Positions 1-12,502 of a DNA stretch of 59,107 nucleotides are shown here, in pieces (positions within the stretch are counted from its first letter, which is position 1; every line of letters begins with the position of its first letter). The stretch is from Paramecium tetraurelia (taxonomy: Eukaryota): the NCBI GenBank assembly GCA_000165425.1, contig CT868649.1, positions 682,001-741,107 of the forward strand, in the 5' to 3' direction. Below the pieces are notes generated by a model. It ran no database searches. It was not told the origin of the DNA and worked only from the letters and a program-made list of their open reading frames with translations. The translations under genes were made by a program, and so were the position numbers.

Positions 1-476
1 AGTATTACAAGGATTTGGATGAAGTAGCAGCATCAACAAAATAGCAATATCCACAAATCAGTTACTCAGATATTCTCTTGCTCCAAGATGCAAATAGTAT
101 ATTTATGTTTTATAATAGAAAAATTTTGGTTGGCTGAGAGATTCTTTGAAGGTAATTTTATTAAGTACAATAACAATTGGGGATTTGTGAATAGCTCAAC
201 GGATGATATTAATAAATTAGCTCAATGCTTTTCTTATTATACATACTTCAAAAGCGATTATCAATATTTGATATGCGATATTCAAGGAGTTGGTACTTGT
301 TTGACAGATCCTGCAATTTGTACTAAAAATAGTATTAGAGTAATTCTATTATTTAAGATCACAAAATCGATCCAACTGATATGGGCGAGGAAGGAATAGG
401 AAGATATGTAGTGTCATTTGGGGCAGTTAAGAATAGTTGCACAAATATATTAAAGGCATTAAAAATAGAATTATGA
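1..476 (+). CDS. Alpha-kinase family protein (eEF2K/MHCK-like), 3' part only
   Basis: Motifs ERFFEGNFIKYNNNWG, AQCFSYYTY and LICDIQGVGTCLTDPAI. After a 26-nt intron (~332-357) the frame continues DPTDMGEEGI...C...LKALKIEL-TGA (474-476). Confidence 0.88.
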
Positions 477-530
477 TATTAAATAATAAGATAAAATATT
501 GTCTATTAAGGAAGGAAATAAATATAATAA

Positions 531-1328
531 TCACTCTCTTATTGTGATTCCATTTAATTCTAACAGCTTATCAAGTTACGTTTGCATCGTTTGCAAGATG
601 TTTGTATTCTCTTTATTGAGTTGGATCACGATAAAGAAGATGGCAAAACAATCATTAATCATTTCCCCACTATACTCCAAATAATGGGCTTGCCTTTCTC
701 CATCGTCATTAGTTGGGATGATGTCTCCATAGATGAGCAGTTTAATTAAGGACATGATGAATGTTACTATAATTATGAAAGATTCCGAATATCTATATTT
801 GTACATCAACGATGTCTTATCCTATTGAAAAATGAATAGAAAATCTGTTAATGTTAAAAGTAATTAAACACTATATTCTATCCAATGAGAGGTAGGCTCA
901 AATAATTCAGGGTTGAATAAAAATAGAATCAATGCTACTAATGTCCCTCCTATATTAATTATTATTAGATATATCTTGTATGAATCCAATGTCACTATAC
1001 CTGTTAATATGAGTACACATCCTTCGCTCAAAGCAAAAAAAAATGCTCCCCAAAAATCCAATTGGTGGAAAGGTAAATAAAAATATTCTTCTATTACTTC
1101 TTGTGTTTGAAAATTTGCAATAAATAAAGATAAATTGCAAAAGAAATTTAGAACAATCACTAAAACAAAGAAGGCAAAGATGAATTTTTTGAATTTATGT
1201 TCATTATAAATATGATTGTACAATAAGCTCTAATTTTACAAATTTAGTGAGCAATATTTTGACTTCTATTTCTCTACAGTTTCTAGCGGTGTAATTTGAG
1301 GATTAATTTGATCCAAATTTTAACTCAT
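531..1328 (-). CDS. Hypothetical multi-pass membrane protein
   Basis: ATG at 1328 (MSQNLDQINPQITPLE...), several hydrophobic segments (ORFs 864-1223 and 576-809 joined by read-through of TAA/TAG and probably a small intron), TGA at 531-533. Confidence 0.65.
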
Positions 1329-1476
1329 TTTAGTTGAAAATCTTTAATTAATGAATCACCACATCTGATTTAATCCGATTATTAAGTTACAGATAATCCG
1401 TCATCAAATAGAAAGCATATTTAATTTAGAATTAATTATCTTTGAATAAAGCACCAACTATTTGATATATAAATAT

Positions 1477-3047
1477 ATGAATATTTATACATTGAAATTT
1501 GAGGAAAGCACCTTAGAGAATTCTTATCAATTACATAAATTCAATATATGGCAATGCCCCATTCTTATCTACACATATGTGTTATCAATAATAATTGTTG
1601 GCAGCAAACTAATATATTAATTAGTGATTCATGACTATATGTATTTGATACATAAAGTAGTAATACTCTTTATAGTAATACTGCTATGCATATTTTTTAA
1701 ACATTTCAAGAAATTTCCAAATTTAACCTTGCTGTTAATCAACTTTTTACTTTTATCACTTGAAACCGAGACAAATTAGAATAATACTTATTATCAAGGA
1801 TACTTGTTTGGATGTAATTAGATGCTTGCACATGCTATTCTATTCTTAGGTTCAGATTTTTTAGTTGGTTTGGGTGCGAATGTAGTTTTGGCAGTAGCAA
1901 GGGCAGTAATCACATATGTTAACGAAGATTATTTAACTTTTCAATAGTATCTCTACACTATTTTGATTACTTTTGGGGTTTCTGGGTTATTATATTAATC
2001 AGAATTGTCATAAAGAAGGTCCTATTTATATTAAACGAAGGACACAACTTGGGGTATAAATTTAATAAATCATTATTAGAAAAAATATTGCCATTTGTTA
2101 TATGCAAGCCTTTTCTGATTTTTAAATTTGACAAGGAAGCTTTTTCCTTTTAATAAATTGCAATTAATAAGTCTTTGACAGATAGTTAAGAGATGTGTTT
2201 TGATTCAGTAGGTGATTTTCTAAAGGAATGCAAATATGATAAAATGACTCTTCAAAAATACTTATTTCAAAAGTATGAGAAGTTCAACACCTTGATTAAT
2301 AAGATAGAATGTGAGAAATTAGAGATCTATTATAAAAAAAGTAGGATGAAAATAAAATTATTGATCTATTGTGCTGATACGATTAGATTTATGATTGTTA
2401 TTGAGGCTGTGGATTAAGCCTTTATAGATTTAAAATATAGATACTAGAACCACTTAAAGGAAATCACTTAAAAGTATAATAATCAACTGAAGAAACTTGC
2501 CAAATTATTACATAAAAAACTAAAGAAATGTAAAATGTAAATGATGAGTGAAGTGTCGATTTCTGTACTTGAATTCAGAATTTTGCAATCATTATAACTT
2601 ACAAAACTAACCAGAATCAATATGTCCTAGCTATTTCAAAAATTTTATCAAATCTTTCACTCTAATTATAAATATAAAATATATTTCATTTCAAAATAGG
2701 ATTATGTGATTCATACCTATAAACCAGAACTATATTACTTTATCATATCAATTATTAGATAATCAAATCGAACTTCAGAAATATCCTTCATTATTGATTA
2801 AAATTAGGAAGCATAAGCTCCTTAACTATCGCTTTAAGGTATTGAGAAGCTGCCCGTGGATCATTAATTTTTATATTGTTAACGAATACTTTTTGAAAAG
2901 CATATCTAAGTGTTAAATTGTAATTTAGATTATTTATTTATAGCTCATTTTTGGATCTTCAAAGAAGTGCATTCCTCGTTTAATTAACTCTATACTTTTG
3001 ATAATATTTCAAATGATCAATATAATCTGTTGAATTAGTAATTCTGA
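1477..3047 (+). CDS. Hypothetical membrane protein (N-terminal TM bundle plus soluble C-terminus); paralog of 4510-6043
   Basis: MNIYTLKFEESTLENSYQ start, about 5-6 TM segments, intron after DTTW (~2054-2079), TGA 3045-3047. Confidence 0.7.
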
Positions 3048-3097
3048 GATTCTTAATTTATAAGTTTTATTTATGTTATGATGATAAATAAATTAAA

Positions 3098-4415
3098 ATG
3101 TTATTTCGTTGTTTATATAGGTTTCATTACACATTCCCTCAAAGAATAAGCCAAACAACCTATTACCTACAAAATAAATAATATTTTGATTCATTGGTCG
3201 ATCAACCCATCACTTCTTAACAATTTTAAGATTTGAAGCAATCATTGAAAAGCATCAAGGAAAACGAAGCCAAAATTGGAATCATACAAATAGCATTAGA
3301 CAATGGTATAATGAAGGAGAAATTGGGAGAGATTAGAGAAATAATGAACTAATACAAGCATCTAATCGAATCAAATAAATCATCGAATTAATTGTATTAG
3401 CATGACTTAGGAGATTACTATGAAAAGGAAGCATTACTATTATTGAGAGAGTGCAAAATGCAGGAATCCTTCGATCCTTTCAAAAAGGGACTTCAATAGT
3501 TTATTGATTTGTCCCAAGATAAGAATGCCTACATTATCAGAAGAATAGATTAGATTCTGGAGAGTATGATAATAGTGATTGAAGACATGGGCTCGTTGGA
3601 GTAAGCAAGAGAACACATCAAATAGGGACTACAAGTAATGAATGACTGATTAATTTGATAGATATTCGAGTAGTTGCTTGGAAAATAGTCAGAGAAATAC
3701 ATTTAATATTTGAATAAGTTGGCTAATACATACTTACAAGTAGATAACCAGCAGGCTATAAATTTGCATAAAGAGGCTCTTGAAATAATAGGAGAAATGA
3801 ATGAAAATAATTTTTAATTATATTTGAAAACAGCAATTGAATTGATGATTACACAATTTAATTAAAAATTTGATCAGAATTTATATGACACAATCAATAA
3901 AGGCTTATAATAATATGGTAATATTGACAGCGAACTTACTGTGTATTATCATGTAGTGATGAGTCATCTATTTTATGATAACAAAAATTACTAGAAACAA
4001 GAGTTTCATCTTTAAGAGGCATTTAAGGTGTATTCAAATGAAAAATCCAGTTTATTAATGAATATTATTGCACAAAAATCTTTGATTTTGAAAAGCGAGC
4101 ATAGGAATGACTTTTATAATGTGTTGATTACTGAACTTGATAAGGAATTCCAAGATGTTCTAGAATTACAATATTATAAATGTAAACTAATATACGAAAT
4201 AAATAAATAGAATGGCATAATTGAATTCGAAAATATGGTAATAAATTTGTTATATTCTAAAATAGTAAACTAGGTTGTATAACTAAAAATTAACTTAATA
4301 TATTGTTGATTTCACTTAATAATTGGCTAAAGACGGTTTAAAAGAGGAGGCGATAAGATTAATTGAAGGATATCCTGAATATGATCACTTACTCAAAGCT
4401 TGGAAATAAAAATGA
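3098..4415 (+). CDS. Helical-repeat (TPR-like) protein with possible mitochondrial presequence
   Basis: MLFRCLYRFHYTFPQRISQ start (basic, no acidic residues); TPR-like segments such as YLNKLANTYLQVDNQQAINLHKEALEI; TGA near 4413-4415. Confidence 0.55.
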
Positions 4416-4509
4416 TTATTTAAATATGTTAAGATAGAGCTGGTTAAATTTCATATATATATAAGGATTTCATAAATCATTAATTTCAATTATTAAGAAT
4501 TAATTATTA

Positions 4510-6043
4510 ATGAATAAGTATACTCTATAATTTAAAGATGAGACAATAGATAAAAAATATCGATAATAATCTGCAGATAGTGTTTAAATACCTACTTTTA
4601 ATTTTTGTGCATATTCATCAATTCTATATTTTATGGTTTCGTTGACAATTTAAATAATTGATTAGGATGTTACTAAAATTATTGTAAGAGCAATTGAAAT
4701 TTTTTTGCTTATTGTTATTTTGATAATGGTCAAAAGAAATAGAGACAAAGTAAATATTGGACTCTTTTTTGTGAATTTGTTGATAGCCTTATTTGAGTTT
4801 GAGTAAGATGATGCATATGATCGATTCAATTATTACCTTTATGGATCCAACGCAATGCTTGTGCATACTATTATCATTTTTTCTCAAACTTTTAATTATG
4901 CCGTAGCGTCCAACTTTTCTATGCTAGTAATCAGATTATCGGTCACTGGACTAAATACAAAAATCATCTACATTCAGTTAATTATTGCGATTTTGGCAAC
5001 TTTTGGGTTTAACTTCATCTTATACTAATCAGAGAAATTTTAGAGGGCTTCATTTTTGATGACATTAAAAGATAATACATGGGGTAAGACACTATATAAA
5101 CTATTTTTAGAGATTATGCTGCCATCTATACTGACTAAACCATTTCTGGTGTTCAATTTTGACTTTGATACATTTTCTTATTAACTGAAAATGATAAATA
5201 AATTGGGATTTCCATTTGAAGATACAAATGTAGTCCATTCATTTTTAAAGGAAGCCAAGTATGGGAAAAGAACCTTATAGGAACATATTTACTTCACAAT
5301 CATTTCTTGTAATCCCTAACAATTTTAGCCTTTCGTGTAAGAACTAAAAATAGTTTTTAAAAAGAAATAAATATCATTGTTGCTTTCAGGCTGTTACTTA
5401 GGACAACCTACTTTTATAATTGTTTTATAATCTGAGGACAAGGACCTTCGATAGATGTAATAATAATTCAAACTATAACACCAAATTTACTCGAAATATT
5501 TTGTTAAGCACATCAGACAAACATGCAATTATTTAAAGACTATTGTAGAACGTAATCAAGTTCATTTAGCAATCAAATTGTTAATCTCACATAAACAAAG
5601 CCTATTAATTGAACATTACAAATTTGAAAATCAGAGAAACATCTCTCCTCATAGAATAATAGAAAAATTAGTCAATTATTTTAGAAGTATTAATTATAAG
5701 ATTAAACTCACAAACATCAAATTTGATGATATCTTCACCATCAAATCTTGTTATTTAAACTTTTTATACGAAATATTTAAAAGTATGGATAGGAATCAAC
5801 GTTATCATTTAAAATCTTTTACTTCAAATAATCAATACATCATTTCTATAAAAGGATTGTAGGAATATCCTAAATCTAATCTATTCTAGTTTTGTACAAA
5901 ATGTCTCATAGAATAAACGATTCAGATAGATAACAGTATTTAAAGATCTTATTAAGTTAGGTTTTCAATTTATATTTTTGGATATTCCATAGATCTCGTA
6001 TTATCATTCAAATATGAAAACATATGACGATCCTTATGAATGA
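4510..6043 (+). CDS. Hypothetical membrane protein; paralog of 1477-3047
   Basis: MNKYTLQFKDETIDKKYR start, TM bundle, intron after DNTW (~5084-5110) at the same position as in the paralog. The 3' end is at 6027 or 6043 depending on a last intron. Confidence 0.7.
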
Positions 6044-6125
6044 CATAAGGAATATATTTGTAAATTAACTTTGTTTATAAATTGCTATATAAATAAGGAA
6101 AAGAGTATATATATTCTAATACAAA

Positions 6126-7692
6126 TCATTAGAAAAGGTATAGATTGGATGCTTCTCAAGACTTGGAAAGATGCTCTTTGAAATGTACTTGAATTTGTTC
6201 AAATTATTTCAATTTGTTTGCTAGATTCTCTTCATCATCATTTATATCATCATCTCCAAAATCATCGAATTAAACACTTTATTTTTATTTTGGTATTTTT
6301 TATATTTCTAAATCCTCAAAATCTTAAAATTATCCTCCCTTATGTATTTGGCTCTCCTTTTTTTTAGTTTATCCAGTCTACTATTTCAGTAAGGAGGATT
6401 CTCTTGAAAAAGAACTTTACCTCGAATTCTACCTAGAACGACTTAACTCAATAACGATATATATTACCCAGTAGATTTTTATCCAAATCGACCCCCTATC
6501 TATTAAATGACTGATGGCACATAATTTAACATGACAGAGGATTGTTAACTAAGATTGGATTCACATATTTATTTATTCTTTTTTTCAGGTTTCTCTGGTT
6601 TTTTTAAGATATCATCTTATGCAAATTCAAATTCCTTGCCAGATAATCTTGGTTGTTATCCATCTGAAGACTTAGTAGAAGTAGTAAATTAATCATTCCA
6701 ATCAAATTTCTTATCTAATTAAAATCCCTGTTGTTAAGCAATCTTTTAAAACAAACTAAGCAAATATTTATAATCTGGAGTTGAAGGGAATTTCAGTTTT
6801 TAAACATAGTCCATATACCTTTAAATTTCAATTGGCAAACCTTTACATAAATCCTTGGTCTCAAGTTCCATTTTGAGTTTACCAACCAATCTCGTCTTTT
6901 CTTTGTCAGAAGACGAAGTGATATTTTACCATGGTAAATTACCTACGATTATGAAAGACAGTACCTTTTAAGAGGTAAATAAACACATATCCCAAACTTT
7001 CTAAATCATCTCTTCTAGATAACTCATATCCCTTGTGTGCAGGAATACTTGCATATCTGGTAGTGCCCATAAATGGTTTTTGCTCTTAAAATGGACTAAT
7101 GATTTATGGAAGATAATTACATATGCTGTCCATTAACTTTGTATTTCTTAGAAATGCCAAAATCAACTAAATAAACTATATTAGTTTCAGTGCCTCTTCC
7201 CATAAGGATGTTTTCTGGTTTGATGTCTCTATGGATCACACCTCTTAAATTTCAAGAGAATTGATTACCTTTAATGAACTTCTTCAATGATGTAGAGTAA
7301 TTGTTCTGCCAGATTACATACACATTTCATAGAGAATTTTCTATATCGCTTTAAGTAATGAGAAAGATCTCTACCCAACAATTGCATGGCCATACAATTT
7401 GAGTTGTATTCATTGCCATACCAATAGAGTTTCGGAATACCTAGGTATAATTTCGATAGTCTACCTTGGATGCCTCTCAATTCTTCAATTATTTGTATTT
7501 CGCGTTCCAAACTCAACATATTGCTGTTTTCCTTCTCCACCTTAATTGCAACATATTCTCTTGAAACTTTGTCTTAGCATATATAAACAACTCCAAAGGA
7601 ACCTTTTTATATCAAAATTCAATACCTGCACTCAGTTTCTCTTTCTAAACAAACCTTCCATAATAAACTCGAGTTTTTTCTTATGATTACAT
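6126..7692 (-). CDS. Casein kinase 1 family Ser/Thr kinase
   Basis: [85 protein letters not shown]; several ~25-nt introns; low-complexity C-tail. Confidence 0.93.
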
Positions 7693-7720
7693 AAATTATA
7701 TTATAATATTTATATGTTCT

Positions 7721-9934
7721 TCATTTAGATGTAAGTCCCTTAGCTTTTGGATAGTTCTATTCTTGTAAATTGACACTCTTTTTGGCAGATTCAATTCTTT
7801 TAGATGAGGGTCTCTTTTTGGCTGATTGCGGTTTCTTGGCAGATTGTAATCTCTTCTGAACCTTCTTTTTCTCTTGTGGTGCCAATTGCTCTTCTCTTAT
7901 TAATCCTTCTTCTGTGTAAGCGAAATACACATTAGGATGATTCAATAATTCTTATAATTTCTCTTCACTATTAATTTGATCACTCACATTCATTTGCTAT
8001 TATTCTTAGATTGCCTGCTAGATTTGAGTTTTAGTCAATTTCCCAGAGTAATCTAAACCTTGTATTGTCCATGCTTCTGCAGCTTCATTATATAAGGCTA
8101 GCATCTACATGGTCTCCAAAAACTTAGGCGGGATGAAATAATCCAGAATAAACTATTTCAATTTCACTTCCTATAGAATCTCCCTTTTTCTTATTTGTAA
8201 GTCTTCTATCTCCTTAGCCATGAACTCATCGGTCTCTTTATTTTCAAATTCCAATTAACGAGTCTTTTATTAAAGTGTTTTAATTCTTCTAGTTTTATCT
8301 TCCAATTCTTCCTTTATTGAGTTGTACTTTGTTTATAATTCTAAATTGAATTCTTCCTTCTTCTACAACTCTAGAGCTCTTTTGGCAGCCTCAGCCTTCT
8401 CTTTTTCAATCAATTTCCTTGCCTCTTCTAATTCTTTCTCCTTTCTTCTTGCTTCCTCAACTTCAGTATGACCATTAACTAACTTCTATTCCATCTTCTA
8501 AATTGTCTTAATAAGCTTTTATTGTGTCTCCCTTGCATTATTGGCCTACTCCTCCTTCTCTTGTAATTACTAATTAGAATCTAATTTAATTGTACCTTCA
8601 ATAATTTCATTTTCTCCTCTTCACCCAAATTCTTTTATTGATCAATCTTCCTCCTCTCCTCTTCTATCTTCTTTTTTAATTCTTCCTTCTCTCTCTCTAT
8701 CATATTCTCAGCCTCCTTGATCTTATCCACATTCTTCACCTTCACTACCTTCTATACTAAGACCTCTTATCCTGGACTCATCACACTTCCTCCACCTTCA
8801 ATTGATAATTCCAATTATTATTTCAATCTTAATTAATGAACAATTTCTATACTTCAAAATCTCCTCTTAAAATTATCTAATCTAAGCATCCTTTGGATCC
8901 TCATTAATCTTAGGTTCATTCTTAATTTATTTAGCTCTGTTAGCATATCTCAAAGTAGATAGAGTTTCGTCGAAATTGTAATCAGCTGGACCAATATTAG
9001 CAATCATAACTGTCTTTGTATTACCTCCCAAAGAATCTTACAACAATCTTGTTAACTTTGAATCTCTGTAAGGTATATGCTAAGATTTATTATCCACCAA
9101 TGCACTGATCACATTACCCAGTGTGGTTAAAGACTAGTTGATATTGATGGCTTCCTTCAATCTATCTCCTGTGGCATGAGTCTTACTCTACCTTTCACTA
9201 CCTGCTAGATCGACTAAATTCAATTTGCCTACAGTCACATGACTCTATCCCTACACAATTTCATTGGTCTCCACTGTTATCTAGAACAATGAATGTGAAC
9301 GAGATGAGTCTTGATTCATAGCTGTAGCTCCAACTGCTCTGTTCTCTCTTCCATGTAATAGTTTCTCTCTCATTTCCTAAGGATTCTCTATCATGAATTT
9401 ACTTAGATCCTTGATATATATTCCAGTTTCTGGATTCTCACGTATCTCCAATTTATTTTTTATATTTTTGGAAAGCAAGTCCCTAATCTCCTCATTGTAG
9501 AGCTCCAAAAATGAAACCTTCACCAAAAACTATTTGTTCTTAGCCATGTTCTCTATTCTCTGAAATATGTGATCAAATGTTCTAGGGATTATTCCCCTTA
9601 AAGTAGGAGGATCATCCTTACCTTCCATCGTGTGAGTCTTTCCTGTCCCTGTTTAACCATAGGCGAATATAGTTCCATTGTATCCCTCCAATACACTCTC
9701 AACTATAGGATGAGCTGTCTGATTATACACGTTCTCCTAAAGAGATTAGGTATCAAAGATTTAATCAAATGTGAATTGTTTTGGCACCTCATCTGCTACT
9801 TTTGGATTTCTCACTGTCACTTATCCATTCTTAGTGTCCATATTCACTATACAAACATGTCCATCCTTCTTTTCAGTATCATTTAAGGGACGACATCGAA
9901 TTACCACTCGTACACATTCAAATTTCTTGTTCAT
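7721..9934 (-). CDS. Kinesin-2 (heterotrimeric kinesin-II, KIF3/FLA10-like) motor subunit
   Basis: [35 protein letters not shown] (P-loop), [38 protein letters not shown], kinesin-2 neck NEDPKDAQIRQFQEEI, then coiled coil. Confidence 0.95.
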
Positions 9935-10048
9935 TAATTTCTTTTATAATAATTATAATCTAACATATTTATAATATATTTCAATGATCACAAAATTTTA
10001 TTATAAAAACAAAAAGGGATTTAAAAGGGGAGTAGTGCTTAGAATATC

Positions 10049-10168
10049 GTTGTCGGCCATACTAAGCCTAAAGCACCGGATCCCATTCGAACTCCGAAGT
10101 TAAGCGGCTTAAGGCGAGGTTAGTACTAAGGTGGGGGACCGCTTGGGAAGTCCTCGTGTTGACAACCC
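10049..10168 (+). rRNA. 5S ribosomal RNA
   Basis: 120-nt GC-rich island GTTGTCGGCCATACTAAG...GATCCCATTCGAACTCCGAAGTTAAGC...TTAGTACT...GGGGGACCGCTTGGGAAGTCC...GACAACCC; the 5' and 3' ends pair (helix I). Confidence 0.97.
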
Positions 10169-10173
10169 TTTTT
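10169..10173 (+). terminator. RNA polymerase III terminator (oligo-T) of the 5S gene
   Basis: A run of five T immediately follows the 5S 3' end. Confidence 0.8.
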
Positions 10174-10417
10174 ATATTTTTTAATTAAAATCAGTTAATT
10201 AATTAATTTTGTTGTGATTCATGAGTATTCTGATCTAGAATGGATTCTTTGAAACTTCTATCTATAAATAGCTTTCAATTGGTTTTACATATAATTAATC
10301 ATTTTAATTCATAATTCATGGTAATATCAGTATAAATATGCAAAAATATATCATATTTGGATAAATATTAAATATAAATTTATCAAAACTTAAACTTACA
10401 CATTTCATCCTTGAATT

Positions 10418-10900
10418 ATGGGCTGTTCCATTCAAAAAAAGAATCTTCCCCTATCTCAATAAATTATCAAAGTATACGAAATTATTATTTTCCAGCTCTC
10501 ATCAGAAATAATTCAAATCCCTTAAACTTCTAAAGATGCTACCGAGCGTTAATAAAATTTGAACACTCTGAAATCTATATTACACAACCCAAATTTTACC
10601 ATTTCAAAGGTTAAATACCCTAATTTCAAAAAAGAACCATGCATCTATAAAATTAATGATTTGGTTGTTATGTTTATGCTCATTTTATTATGTATTTATA
10701 TCACAACTTGGCTGCCATATTGAATGATATCAAATATCATAAATCCTAGATTGTCCCTTGATTTCCTTTAATGACTATAATACAGAAGAATTAAAAATTT
10801 AAAATAGAAACAACATAAGATGTTACACTGCACTATTAAATGATATTATTGAATAAAAAGAAACATAATTTAAGAGTTTAAATGATTCTTAGAATTTCCA
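10418..10900 (+). pseudogene. Probable decayed gene fragment
   Basis: Starts MGCSIQKK with an intron-like GTATAC...TTCCAG (~10472-10495), but the frame ends at TGA near 10658 while coding-like sequence continues in other frames. Confidence 0.3.
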
Positions 10901-11329
10901 ATTAAATATATATTTAATAAACGTTATTTTAGACATAATTATATAAATGTAATTCTATAACTAAAAGAGGAATCATAAAGCTAAAAAAAATGGAAAAATG
11001 GAGTCGTAATATTGAAGGATTCTAAAGTAAATTTTATGAACTTATATTGATTTGTTTTAATTACTTTATTACTACTTAATAAATATAATCAAATATCAAT
11101 AAATTCGCTAGCTTAAAATGAATAATGTCGTAATTTCATTTTAATGTTATAAATGTAATCTATTAGCAAATCGTTTTTCCAATTCTTTAACAACTTAATT
11201 AATTGTTAGTCAATTTAGGTATAAATTGTAACATAAAAGTTTAGAGATTAAAAATTATGTTGTACTTCTTTATAATCCAAACATACATCCAATAATCTGA
11301 TGTGATCAAATATAAGTTGATATATTTAT

Positions 11330-12348
11330 TCATTTTTATCTGTATTATTTTTTAAGAAGGTGTCTAAGGTTTTCCAATCTGTCTGCAATTAATCAAATAT
11401 TTAATTTGGTATTTTTTAAGTTGTTTCTATTTTGGATTTGAAAAACCCCAAATTCCAATTTTATTATTTTTATTATTTGAATTGTAATTTCTCGATAGCT
11501 TCTACATATTAGTTTTTAAATTTTATTAAGTTCTATTTCAACTTATCCAATTATGTGAATTGATATTATTTATCAATTATTTCTGACAGATTAGCCTAGT
11601 CTAAACATTATTTTATTTATTTTCCATATTTCTCCATCATTTTCACTTCATCAAAAACTGGGTTCTATAAAGCTATAAAATGCTATCTGTATTTTTAAGA
11701 TATTGTTTTTATTAAGAAGTCTTAGATATCAATATTGATGTAATCAAAATATGTAAGAAATCCAACGAGAATATTAATCATTTCACTCTATCTATTGATG
11801 TGATAATTCGATTTAAGAATTAGATTTCCATTTGAAACAAACACTTAGATATTACTAGTTTGAAATAAAACTTAATCCAATGTTGATTCTTCTGGTTAAA
11901 TTAATTCTAATTGATTGAGAATTAACTATCGGAATTTTTGAATCATAGTCGAATTCAACTCTGGCAATAAAATGCAATTGCTTATAATCCATTAAACTCT
12001 TTCGATTGATAGATGTTATAAGGACCAATTGGAAATCTCATGTTAGGAATGATAATCTAAATTTTTTACGTGTTTCTCGAATTGTTCAATGCAGCTTAAA
12101 TAAAACATATATTCTTTAAGAGTAATTTGATCAATCAATTATTTGAATTCAGCAATCAGTTTAGACGACAATTTATCTTATCTAATCTATTCATGATGAT
12201 CTAAGATTTTTGTTAATAATTATATTTCATCATCGTTTAATTGTGGATTGTAATCAATTGCTGGTAGTTATGGTATTTGATTGAGTGCTTCCAATAATGG
12301 AGACAGATCAATATTTTCATGAAGTCTTTTGTGAAATTCTTCGATCAT
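11330..12348 (-). CDS. Hypothetical protein
   Basis: ATG 12348 (MIEEFHKRLHENIDLSPLLEALNQIP...), apparently open in the ciliate code, TGA near 11330. Confidence 0.55.
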
Positions 12349-12502
12349 TATTATAAATTATATAATATCTCTATTAATGATTATTTTATCATAATGTTAA
12401 GGCTAATCTATTAATCGGATTTAAATGGTTGAAAAATGCAATTACTGATAGTATAAGAAAAATAAATAAAGAAAAAAAAACTAATCGTTTTTATATAATT
12501 TG

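Noticed and set aside
7790..7850. Short repeated SAKK motif in the kinesin tail
   Set aside because: Ordinary low-complexity basic tail, explained by the CDS.
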